This document shows, in pieces, positions 25,157 to 36,479 of a stretch of 64,000 nucleotides of DNA. The position numbers and the translations under genes are program-made. The notes under the pieces are model-generated. The model was not told where the DNA came from. It did no database searches and saw only the letters and a program-made list of their open reading frames with translations. The stretch is taken from positions 62,001 to 126,000 of the forward strand of contig NW_021832229.1 in NCBI RefSeq assembly GCF_006345805.1. Reading direction: 5' to 3'. How positions within the stretch are numbered: position 1 is the first letter of the stretch; each line of letters opens with the position of its first letter. The DNA comes from Octopus sinensis. Taxonomy: Eukaryota.

Positions 25157-25675
25157 GGGGCAGTGAGCTGGCAGAATTGTTAGCATGCTGGATGAAATGC
25201 TTAGCAGTATTTCCCCGTTTGCTACATTCTGAGTTCAGATTCTGCTGAGGTTGACTTTGCCTTACATACTTTTGGGGTCAATATACAGAGTATCATTGAA
25301 ACACTGGGGTTGGTATAATCAACAAACACCCTCCCCCCAAATTTCAGGCCTTGTGCTTATAATAGAAACGATTATTATTCCTTTCACTGCACTACTGAGC
25401 ACAACTCTGTGTGCCTGGTGGTGCTATTTTCTGCATATCATATATACTTGCAAGTCCTGGCGCTTTTGTTATGTGTTTGTCTGAATTATTTTTGGGTTTT
25501 TTATCATACCTAATGTGCCTACAATAATAGGAACTGCTTTTATTTTTTAGGCTCCAAATTTCAGTTACTTCTATTTTCAGATCTTTGTACTTTCAGTTTC
25601 GCCATTTCTTTTAGAGAAACATGGTCATTTTCACTTGGTGATCTTGTATAACTATATTACTATATCTGGCCTATT
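25157..25675. mobile_element. SINE (+, 25157-25370) followed by decayed Dong A 3' fragment (-, 25380-25675)
   Basis: SINE head ggcagtgagctggcagaattgttagc. Minus strand gives NRPDIV...KYKDLKIEV...VPIIVGTLGMIK-like remnants. Confidence 0.75.
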
Positions 25676-25807
25676 ATTATGATTATTATTATTATTATTA
25701 TTATCATTATTATTATTATCATTATTATTAATATTATTATTATTATTATTATTATTATCATTATTATTATTATTATCATCATCATCATTATTATTATTAT
25801 ATCATCA

Positions 25808-25853
<46 letters not shown>

Positions 25854-25854
25854 C

Positions 25855-27270
25855 TTTTTTTTCTTCTTTCAAATTTGCTTCCATTTCTTGCCAAGTGTCT
25901 TCCCGACTCCTAGGGCAGAGGAACTCATAGTATACATTGGTAGGCCATTAAACTAAACTCACTAGTTCGTTCATTTTTTTAAAGTTAAATTAAAATACAT
26001 GGGTAGTAATAGTTCTCACATCGACAATGCTCTTCTCAATACGTGTGATGTACCAGTTAAGACAATCTTTTGCACTTCTTGCAGGGATGGTAAGCCAGGG
26101 ATCATTCTCATATAATTTTCGGTTCCCTTCTTGATCATTCCTAGTGCTCCTGCAATCACCGGTATTCTAACCGCCTTGAGATGCCACATTTTCTCAATTT
26201 CAATGAGCAGGTCTTTATATTTTCTGAGCTTGTCAAACTCTTTCGCCGAGATATTATGATCACAGGGGATGCTCATGTCGATCAATAAGCAAACTTATTT
26301 TGGTCTTTCACAACAATATCTGGTTTATTGGCTTTGATGGTTCGGTCTGTATGTACTGGAAAGACCCACAGAATGGTTACATTTTCTCCTTCAGTTACAG
26401 CTTCAGGGTGGTGATTATACCACTTGTCGGCAGTTTTGATATTGTAATGCCAACTTATTAGCCAGTGTAGATATTGGCCAACTCTGTCATGTCTTAATTT
26501 ATACTCCACTGGTGCTAAGACTTTACATCCAGAGATTAGGTGGTCCACTGTTTCAATCATGTCGTTGCAGAATCGGCATTTTGGGTCTGCTCCATTTTTT
26601 CATCACATTGGCCCGGTAGTTCCGGGTTAATAGGCTTTGATCTTGAGCAGCCAGGATGAAACCTTCGCTCTCTGCTTTTAGCCCTGAGCTCCATAGCCAC
26701 TGATGGGTTTTCTTCTGGTCAACATCAGCTTGTTTGCTGTGGGCCATATATTTGTCGTGCAGAGGTTTCTCCTCCCACCTATCAGCCAACTGCTCGTGCG
26801 CTTTTTTCGTTGCCATTATTTTCACCTTCTTTGCAACAATAGTTGCCATACTTCCCTCGGGTTGTTTAGTTTGGGTATCCTGCATGAGATCAATAGCAAA
26901 TTTTTTGCTTTCCTTTAGTCTAGGTAGGTACAGATGATCAGCATCTGCTTTTGGGTGGTGCCATGTCCTTAGATGTTAGTAGTTTTCTTGTCTTCCTGTT
27001 CATACATTGGAATTCTGTAAAATTCCAGTTAATGATGCTAAGTCTATATTTGACTACTAGAAGTGCCAGTGTGTTAATGGCTTCATTGCAATTTTTGGAG
27101 TTGAGTTCAGTTTTTAGTATGAGTCTTATTCTACTGTAATATTCCTTTCTTATTTTTTCCTTCATAGTAGCATATTGTATAACATCTCCTTCGTTTATCC
27201 CCAGCTATTTATAGCTTTCTTGTTATTCAAGCTCCTTGATGGTAGTGTCACGCCTCATCTAAATGTTTGC
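25855..27270 (-). mobile_element. Dong family B 3' copy (25855-26912) joined to an older diverged Dong fragment (26913-27270)
   Basis: ORFs 26016..26285, 26282..26560 and 26553..26885 are near-identical to B. 26938..27165 is only distantly similar. Confidence 0.85.
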
Positions 27271-27462
27271 CTTTCCTCACTACTTTAACCTACATCTTTA
27301 GGCAAGCTGTGACATTGAGTCACCTACAGAGGAGAATCTGAGCAGTAAGAGACTGACTCAACCACTATGAAATATATTAGTAATCTCTGCTATGGCATTG
27401 AATACTCTTCTTCTGCCAGTCAACACTAAACAAATACCTATCTATCTATCTATCTACCTGCA

Positions 27463-27496
<34 letters not shown>

Positions 27497-28343
27497 AGCA
27501 AATCTAATTGTATGCATATTTTGTTCTGTAATGAAATATTAAATTTTCGTTTCTAACCAATATTCTGAAATATACTGGTAATATTGATTCAGTTTTCTTT
27601 ATTACTCTTTTGTAGACATGATAGATGGCAAATTATTACTGGAAACTCCCTCAAGTCTATACAACAAAGGGAAATAAATAAACATATTGATAACTGTAAA
27701 TCAGATTGTGAATTGCAAAATATTTCTCTTCCCTTGTCTTTCTCTCTTTCTCTTTCAATCTCAGCTTAAACTCATCCAACTTTAACAAAATATAATTAAT
27801 CATCTTTTTGTCCCTAGCTTTCTCACGGTCAGTCTGTCTTTCTTTCTCTCAGTCTCTCTCTCATTTTCTCTCTCTCTCTCTCTGTCCTAAACATATCTAC
27901 TTTCTCTTTCAAAACATTTGCCTTCTCCCTTTCTCTCTCCTCCTCTGTCTCTTCATCTCTCCTTCTCTTTGTAACTTCCAACTCACTTTATACATGAAAG
28001 CATCACGTCTCCCCTCTCACCTTTTGCCTCCTCTCTCTCGCAACGGCCTGCAAAGCAGGGAACAATTCTTTACCAAGCAACAACCATGAACCTGTCAACT
28101 ATAATCCAATAATACCTTTGGAAATGCAAATCCGGAAAATGCCAACTCGCACACTGAATTCTCTCAATATATTGATACATAAAGGTCGACTTTAATCCTT
28201 TTAGGGTCGATAAATTAAGGACCAGTTGGGTACTACACCCTCTCACAAAATTACGGGCCTTGTGCCTAAAATAGAAAAGAAAATAGGGATACGTAAAGGG
28301 AGATAATTAGACTTTGCTGCTTGGAATATTTCAGGAGAGGAAA

Positions 28344-28527
28344 TACGCATGCGCATTGAAGGTGCTTCTTCCTTGATGTTGTTGACTTCCGGTTAATGTC
28401 CATTGAATGAATTTCTTTTAATCAGCTGGAAGAATAGATTTATTTTTCTTTTAATGTATTTCTGGACTACGACACAGACACACACATATGTAAACAACAC
28501 TATCCTTTACGAGACATTTGCGTAAGT
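28344..28527 (+). promoter_or_regulatory. Candidate promoter with first non-coding exon
   Basis: NRF1-like TACGCATGCGCA (28344-28355), ETS-like ACTTCCGG (28385-28392) and donor GC|GTAAGT (28522). Confidence 0.3.
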
Positions 28528-28689
28528 ATTAAACAATGAAAAGATTCAATGTTTTTTTTTTAATTTTCGGTTTTTGGCGCGTAATTCTTTGCTCCTCTTC
28601 TCTCTTTTGTGAATGCGAGATGTCCATGATTTGTGCAAGATTTGGCTGCTATTTCGGTTAATATCTAGATCCGCACCCGGTGGAAAAAA

Positions 28690-29220
28690 TGGAAACGCAA
28701 ATGTGTAACAGTTGTAAGGCATCGTATATTGACGTAATAAGACGGAAAAAAGGGGCGCTGACGAACGGGGGTGGGGGAGGGGGGGTGTCGGAAGGGGGGG
28801 GTGGAAAATTCCCAGGATCAACCTGGAATCTAAAATGTGTAACAGTTGTAAGGCATCGTATATTGACGGAATAAGACGTAAAAAAAGGGGCGCTGACGAA
28901 CGGGGGTGGGGGGGGGTCGGAAAATTCCCAGGATCAACCGTAGAGGATCCACGCCCAGGTGGCAAAAATGGAAAAAATATGTGTAAGAGGTGTAAGGCAT
29001 CGTATATTGAAGGAATATGACGAAAAAAAAAGCGCGCTGACAAACGGGGGTGGGGGGGAGGGCGCTCGGAAAATTCCCAGGATCAACCGTAGAGGATCCA
29101 CGCCCAAGTGGCAAAAATGGAAAAAAAATGTGTAAGAGGTGTAAGGCATCGTATATTGAAGGAATATGACGAAAAAAAAGCGCGCTGACAAACGGGGGGG
29201 GGGGGGGGCGCTCGGAAAAT
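28690..29220 (+). repeat. Merlin subterminal tandem repeats (4 units left; 3 units right at 31745-32130)
   Basis: aaggcatcgtatattga recurs at ~28717, 28851, 28995 and 29145. Its reverse complement occurs at ~31801, 31951 and 32089. Confidence 0.9.
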
Positions 29221-29303
29221 TGCCTACGATTTAAAGAAAAATTTACCATCAATTTTCACCATTTAAACGCATTGTTGACATAAGGGAAGTAACTCTCTAA
29301 AAA

Positions 29304-29601
29304 TCTCTATATATAAACGGCAGTTTTTCTGTGTGTCTGTCAGGTTGTACCCTCACCCTGACCACGGCTTTCAACCGATTCTGATGAAACTTGACACACA
29401 CATAGCCCAATGTCATAATTCAAAACTAACGCAGCGAAAATTTTGAAAAGTTCCCCCAGTTCTGAAAAAAATCGATAAATTCGACATGGGGTCGAGAATT
29501 TCAATTTTTTTGCTATTTTCAATATTTTTCAATATTTTTGCTAAAAATGCTTTATAGTTATTTCCCTTACAAACTCGAGCAACGCCGGGCGATACTGCTA
29601 G
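29304..29601 (+). mobile_element. 298-bp non-autonomous Helitron-like element in the left Merlin arm
   Basis: A|TC start, CTAG|T end, GC-rich subterminal ctcgagcaacgccggg, no TSD. Confidence 0.75.
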
Positions 29602-30163
29602 TCTATATATATATATTTTTTTATTTTACAAACAAAAAGTGAAAACTGAAGTAATGGAATTTGAATTTTTGAAGTTGCGATTGATAATTATTCTGTGACA
29701 ATCAATAATATTGGGAAAATATAATCTGTACTTACCACATGCGTGGTAGATTTGCTGATTATTTTCAACAAATCTACCACGCTTCTATTTCAAATTCTTT
29801 AACGTTGTCAGTTGTTAGAGCAGCCACGTGGAAATTGGTCGAACATCTTTATTGCCCAGGATACAAATTCGCAGCTTGCAATAAAAATTCATGAATCCTT
29901 TTGGGAGCAGGGCGGAAAGCTTGCATGAATTGGTATGTAGCTACATATTGTTTTAAGTTGGGCTGGCACTTCCGGTTGACCACATTGAGTGACCACATTG
30001 CCGGAAGTGCCAGCCCTAATTGCGTGAAGTGCCAGCCCTAATTGCGTGCGCAGGCAGCGTGGAAAAGCCTTTCAAATTTGTGTATTCGCAGTGACTAGAC
30101 GTACTCTTCCCTTTAACGAAAATATTATTTGAATTTATCTTTAATCTGGTCATTTTAATTTGC

Positions 30164-31116
30164 ATGATGGCATCGTGTGTTATTCCGTGCGAGCTGAGTC
30201 TGTATGACGGGGTTTCGAGATTTCGGCATAACGATGAAACAGCATTAGAATTTTTTCGGGAACATGGGGTGATACCAAGAAATGTGAATTGCCCGACGTG
30301 CAATTCACCGTGTATTCTACGAAATGGAACACATATATTTCGTTGCAGGAAAATGGTTCGCAGAAGAAGACAGAAGGCGACAGAATGTGGTTTTTCTGTT
30401 TCCATATTAAGAACACCTTTTTGAATCGGAGTAGATTAACCCCCTGGAAAATTCTTTTGTATGTAAACCATTTCTTAACAGAAGATTGGTCGCACCAAGC
30501 AGTTATTGAGAATTTAGATATATCGCTTGCTACGTCGGTTGATTGGAGGTCCTTCTGCTCTGAAGTCTGTCTTCATTGGGCCGCAAATTCCCAAACACCA
30601 ATTGGAGGGCCAGGAATAGAAGTAGAAATAGATGAGACAGTCTTGGTTAGGAGGAAATATAACAGGGGGAGACTTGTGAAAACTATTTGGCTATTTGGCG
30701 GAATCGAAAGAGATTCCAAGAAAAATTTTTTGATACCCCTGACATCAGAATGTGGTGAAATTCTAAGGCGAGATTCTTCCACACTAATTCCATTAATTAG
30801 ACGCCACATTAAACCTGGTTCAACTGTATATAGTGATTGTTGGCCCGTATATAATAGGTTAGATACATTAGGCTACACGCATTTTAAGATAAATCACAGC
30901 CAGAATTTTGTAGATCCAACAAACCCATCTATACATACACAGACAATAGAAAGATTTTGGGGGAGCTTAAAAAAAAACGTCATAAGAGCAGGAATTAAAT
31001 CGTGTTACTTAAAACAATATGTAGCTACATACCAATTCATGCAAGCTTTCCACCCTGCTCCCAAAAGGATTCATGAATTTTTATTGCAAGCTGCGAATTT
31101 GTATCCTGGGCAATAA
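30164..31116 (+). pseudogene. Merlin transposase with a single frameshift near 30405-30412
   Basis: N-terminal CPTC...CRK...C in 30164..30424. VEIDET, WLFGGIER, YSDCW, INHS and HTQTIERFW in 30289..31116. Confidence 0.92.
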
Positions 31117-31363
31117 AGATGTTCGACCAATTTCCACGAGGCTGCTGTAACAACTGACAACGTTAAAGAATTTGAAATAGAAGCGTGGTAGATTTGTTGA
31201 AAATAATCAGCAAATCTACCACGCATGTGGTAAGTACAGATTATATTTTCCCAATATTATTGATTGTCACAGAATAATTATCAATCGCAACTTCAAAAAT
31301 TCAAATTCCATTACTTCAGTTTTCACTTTTTGTTTGTAAAATAAAAAAATATATATATATAGA

Positions 31364-31661
31364 CTAGCAGTATCGCCCGGCGTTGCTCGAGTTTGTAAGG
31401 GAAATAACTATAAAGCATTTTTAGCAAAAATATTGAAAAATATTGAAAATAGCAAAAAAATTGAAATTCTCGACCCCATGTCGAATTTATCGATTTTTTT
31501 CAGAACTGGGGGAACTTTTCAAAATTTTCGCTGCGTTAGTTTTGAATTATGACATTGGGCTATGTGTGTGTCAAGTTTCATCAGAATCGGTTGAAAGCCG
31601 TGGTCAGGGTGAGGGTACAACCTGACAGACACACAGAAAAACTGCCGTTTATATATAGAGA
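31364..31661 (-). mobile_element. Mirror copy of the Helitron-like element in the right Merlin arm
   Basis: Reverse complement of 29304-29601 at the equivalent position. Confidence 0.75.
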
Positions 31662-32730
31662 TTTTTAGAGAGTTACTTCCCTTATGTCAACAATGCGTTT
31701 AATGGTGAAAATTGATGGTAAATTTTTCTTTAAATCGTAGGCAATTTTCCGAGCGCCCCCCCCCCGTTGTCAGCGCGCTTTTTTTTCGTCATATTCCTTC
31801 AATATACGATGCCTTACACCTCTTACACATATTTTTTTCCATTTTTGCCACCTGGGCGTGGATCCTCTACGGTTGATCCTGGGAATTTTCCGACCCCCCC
31901 CCCCCCCCCCCCCGTTCGTCAGCGCCCTTTTTTTACGTCTTATTCCGTCAATATACGATGCCTTACAACTGTTACACATTTTAGATTCCAGGTTGATCCT
32001 GGGAATTTTCCACACCACCCCCCCCTTCCGACCCCCCCCTCCCCCACCCCCGTTCGTCAGCGCCCCTTTTTTCCGTCTTATTACGTCAATATACGATGCC
32101 TTACAACTGTTACACATTTGCGTTTCCATTTTTTCCACCGGGTGCGGATCTAGATATTAACCGCTATTTCTAGCTACGAAAGAGATATGTTTATGGTTTC
32201 TGCGAGATTTGGCTGCTAAATCTAGCTATGGAAGTGATCGTAGTTGTTCGTGATTTGGCTGCTATTTCTAGCTATGGAAGCTACCTTCTTCCTTCTCCGT
32301 CGTTGCCTCTTTAGGTTGTTGTGTGTTTTAGTTTGAGAAATATTCTCAAATACTTTCCAACCACTGAAATATTTGGAAACCAATTCTTTATTTTAATTTA
32401 TCCATTGTTTCTCTTTATCTCTCTTATCTCTCTCTCTCTCTTCTCCCATTATATATTAACACTTCACCTTTTGTCTCTTTGTCTCTCAACTCATACTTTC
32501 CCTCTCTACTAAAAACGTGTTGTCCTAATTCTCTCTTTCTCCTTCTCTCTGTCCGTCTCTTACTTTTTCTCCTTTTCAATCTCGCCCCCCTCCTCATCTC
32601 TTCTTTTATTCACTTCGCTTATCTTTCTTTCATTCTCTCTAGTTCTTTCAATATTTCTTTCCGTTTTCCTTATTTTCTTCTTTCTGTTTCTCTCTCTCTC
32701 CCTCTTTCTTTCTTTCTTTTTTTCTTGTTG

Positions 32731-32786
32731 GACTGAACCCGGAACCATGTGGTTAGTAAGCAAGCTACTTACCACACAGCCACTCC
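32731..32786 (-). mobile_element. SINE tRNA-like head only
   Basis: ggagtggctgtgtggtaag...ggttccgggttcagtc, with A-box- and B-box-like motifs. Confidence 0.75.
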
Positions 32787-33045
32787 TGAGGGTCTTTGCA
32801 ACAAGTTGACTGTTATTTCTTTTACCATAAAAATATGTCCCCCCCTATCCAGAAACGTATGCGTCCATAATTGACTGTGGACTGTTTGATTTCGTTATTT
32901 TGCTTCGTTTTTTTTTTTGCCATAAAATGAGTTACAAATACTGTTGTCGATGGGGACATATTTTTGAAGTAAAAGAAATAACAGTCCTCTGGCTGCTATT
33001 TCTAATACTTTCGGTATGTCTAGCAACTTGTTGCAAAGACCCTCA
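32787..33045. mobile_element. MITE-like element with interrupted long TIRs
   Basis: 32788-32808 is the exact reverse complement of 33024-33044. Further pairs: 32808-32825/32968-32985 and ~32828-32842/~32947-32961. Confidence 0.75.
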
Positions 33046-33059
33046 TTGTTATAATTAGT

Positions 33060-33087
<28 letters not shown>

Positions 33088-33090
<3 letters not shown>

Positions 33091-33930
33091 CACTCCTGCC
33101 ACCCATCCCACACAAAAAGAAACATCCCATATAGTATGGCAAGACGAATATGTAGCATAGTTACTGATTCACAAATACGACTAATAAGACTAGATGAACT
33201 CAAAAACTTCCTCCTAGAGCAAAAATACCCCCTTAAACTAATAGAAAATGGAATCACAAGAGCATTAAAACTAGACATCACACAACTCAGGACACACAAA
33301 ACAAAAAACAAAGAAAACACTATCCCTTTTATAAACACACACAACCCTGGAGTTACCAACATCTTCCAAACCATACATTCAAACCTACCAATAGCCTTAC
33401 AAAGCCCCAAAATGAAGAACATATTAAACAAATATAGCATAAAAAACAGTAGACGACAGGACAAAAACCTAAAGAAACACCTAACAAGAGCGAAATTCTC
33501 TTCAGAAACTAAAACGGAATTCTTTGCAAAAGAGTGCGGAGATGGTAGATGTGGGATCTGCAGCAACCCCACCTATAAATACATAGAGGGAAACAGAGAG
33601 ATGAGATTTAAAAATGGTGACATATTCAAAGTAAATGCAGATATGAACTGCAAGACGCAGAACGTTATATACTGCATAACCTGCCCCACGTGCAAGAATT
33701 ACGTAGGTGAAACTGGTAATTCTTTGTGCCAGCGAGCCAGGATTCACCGACACCATATTCGGCAGGAAGAACTACGCAAAATACCACTAAGTACACACCT
33801 AGTTACATGTGGAGAGGGAAAATTTAAGATCTTTCCCTTCTACAAATGTCCAAAGAACGACACCTCTTTCAGGAGAAATATGGAAAAATATTTCATAGCT
33901 AAGTTCTCCCCCAAATTAAATGGCTGAAAC
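33088..33930 (+). mobile_element. Penelope-like element fragment 1 (RT C-terminus plus GIY-YIG endonuclease)
   Basis: HSCHPSHTKRNIPYSMARRI, CGDGRCGIC and NVIYCITCPTCKNYVGET in ORF 33136..33927. Confidence 0.92.
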
Positions 33931-35358
33931 TTTACTCATCATACATTGAAGGACAAATGGATCTTTTCATTTTCGAAGCCAGGACCCCAGATCTTTCTAG
34001 TTAACTAAATAATTTTAAACTTCGTGTGTTGGTAGAGTGTCTCAAAACAAGACACAAGTTGGAACTAGTTTATTTGAGAAAAATCTATTTTATGACTTTA
34101 ATCGTAGATTAAAACTGCGAATTTTAACCAATGAGATTGTTTGTTTTCATATCTAATACGTTACTGCATTCTGTTAGTGTGACGTAGAAAGCTATTTTGT
34201 GACGTAGGCAACTGTGCACAGTTTGGAACTTGAAATAATGTAAACACTGAATTGGTCATACATACATACACACACACACATACATACACACACATACATA
34301 CACACACACATACATAGATACATACACACATGCATTTTCGTATGTGTGTGTTTACGTGTAGTTCTGCGACTTTTTTGTTTTGTTATATTATCGATCGCGA
34401 ACTTCCCGATTCTACATTTTCCGTCAAAGTGACCCTGCACAGGTTTATTACTTAGTCCTAAACCAACCCTTTTCAAAGAGAACAATGACGAAAGGCTTTC
34501 CCAACTCAACCGTGACCATCAATTTTTCGAGTATCTAACACTACATTATCGCACAGTCCCCTTTTTACAAAGGTTAGCAGCGAAGATTTGGCTTCTATTT
34601 CTTGCAGGATAGGCAGTCGCTGTGTCTCGTCTTTCTTCCATTCCTTTTTTAAGGTGGTTTGGGAGTGGTTGGAGCTAAATAGCTACTATTTCAAGCCGAA
34701 CAAACAACCGCTTTGTCGCGTCTTTCACCCCCGTTTTAAAGATAGCTAGAAGTGGTGTAGATTTGACTGCTATTTCTAGCAACTGTGTCTGTCTCATATT
34801 TCTTTCCTTCTCAGCAGTAAGCAGTAATTGATTCTACAACATAGAGGTTACTGGAGTGATTTCTATTGGAACTTTATGTTGTTATTTAACTCAAGGTCAA
34901 CCTGATCGAAGAAAACCCACGATGATAAGACAATCTCACTGTAATCTGCTCATTTTTTTTTTCCTGCAGGCATAAATTTCTGTATAAACGATAGTAGTGT
35001 GACATTTGAGAGAATTAACTGGCTGCTATTTCTATTCTTTGCATTTGCATCACAAATTGTAACATCCTGCTTGCATACATGTATCATGCTTCAAAATGTA
35101 TTACACACCTGTTGTACAATTGCAGTCCTGCCATGGACTCTTCTTCTATTCTTTGCAGGTGAGGGTTAGAGCTATGGTCTAGAATTGGCAACAGATAGCA
35201 TACTAAATTGTAAATGGCCACGTTTACTGTATGCTAAACTGGCACTAGAGATTTAATGAAACCGTTTACCTATCAGAATTTAAGTCATGAAAGGGTTAGT
35301 TAGCATTGTCAACACACTTCACATTTCTCTCTGTTTCTGTGGGCAATGAAATAAAACA

Positions 35359-35880
35359 CTAGATAAGGAGTGGGTCAATATAGTTGACATTATTTCCTCC
35401 TATACAATTTTTGGCTATGTACCTTTCTAAGAAATTCTTATTTGTATTAATATAAAGTGCGAGCAAGAGAACATCTGCAGGCTTTCCTAAACTGTTAATG
35501 TGAATGTAGATGATGTCTTTTTTCAACTTGTGTAAATTAATGTCTGATGAGAATGTGATTGCATGTAGAAGCTGCCATTCTGGAGATAAATGATTGGCGA
35601 AAATATTTAGTAAAAGGGTTCTAGCTGTGAGACATGTTAAAGATGATGATGTGGGCTCAGTTTGATATAGTTTACAGCTTACTAATTCACAGGAATAGTA
35701 GTGGGTGTTAGGGTTTTTTTTTCCCATGTTTTATTTGAACAATTTGGCTGGATAAAGGAGGCTGTATCCTTGCCTTTTGCATTCTTTCTGAGACAAGAGA
35801 TGTGCCTTCAAAACTGGTAAGATTGACGTAGTTGATCTTGAATAAAATTTGTGGATGGCTGCAGAGGAAAAAACATGGAC
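35359..35880 (-). pseudogene. Possible very old RT remnant
   Basis: KRQGYSLLYPAKLF and LLLNIFANHL...FSSDINL...INTNK loosely echo RT motifs. Confidence 0.3.
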
Positions 35881-36479
35881 AAGGGAATTTCAGAAGGCTG
35901 ATAATCTGGTAAGAAAGAATTTAATGCTTAGTTTGCAGGTGAATTACATGCTACGTGATCTTCGAGCCTTTTGTCGCCAGATGCTGTAACATGGTTTGTA
36001 TCCAATATAATAGTACCACCACTATTGCGATAATGGCCTAATATGTGGTACCAGTGTGATAAAATAAGATAATGCAGCAGCAATAACAACATAACTATCT
36101 CTCAAGAACCAACAAATATTCCAAATGAACAAACCAACCCACACTCTCGAACTTCACTATGAAATAACACAAACTATATACACTCTCTCGGTTCAGTCTA
36201 TTCCTCACAAGAGGGTACCTTGGCTCTCATCACAACACTGAGAGTGTAAGGGGTTACTAACTTTGTTCTGCCGACAAATTTCCATTTATTTATTCTTAAG
36301 CTTCTCTTACTGCTGGAAACCACCTCTGCCTGGTACTGGCATTTATGTGAACAATGTAGACAATTGACAAGTATCAAATGCCACAATACATAAATTCATT
36401 ATTTATTAAAATTATCTTCAATTGTAGAAGTATCATAATTACTAAATGGTAATCGATTAGCATATTCAGGGCCATTTAG

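Larger units (their letters stand above)
28656..32162 (+). mobile_element. Merlin (IS1595-like) DNA transposon, foldback form
   Basis: Termini GGTTAATATCTAGATCC/GGATCTAGATATTAACC, 8-bp TSD GCTATTTC (28648-28655, 32163-32170), and a DDE transposase. Confidence 0.95.

Noticed and set aside
20440-25930. Poly-I/L/Y/N ORFs (also the YI/CV-rich ORFs elsewhere)
   Set aside because: Translations of (ATT)n, (TA)n, (CA)n and (CT)n microsatellites.
32850-32875. GAAACGTATGCGTC hammerhead-like stem III
   Set aside because: No upstream CUGANGA or stem II. It lies inside a MITE.
32895-33572. 225-aa minus-strand ORF and similar antisense ORFs over LINEs
   Set aside because: Antisense shadows of transposon coding sequence.
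34025-34125. Small hairpins downstream of PLE fragment 1 as hammerheads
   Set aside because: Core nucleotides are missing; at most fully decayed.
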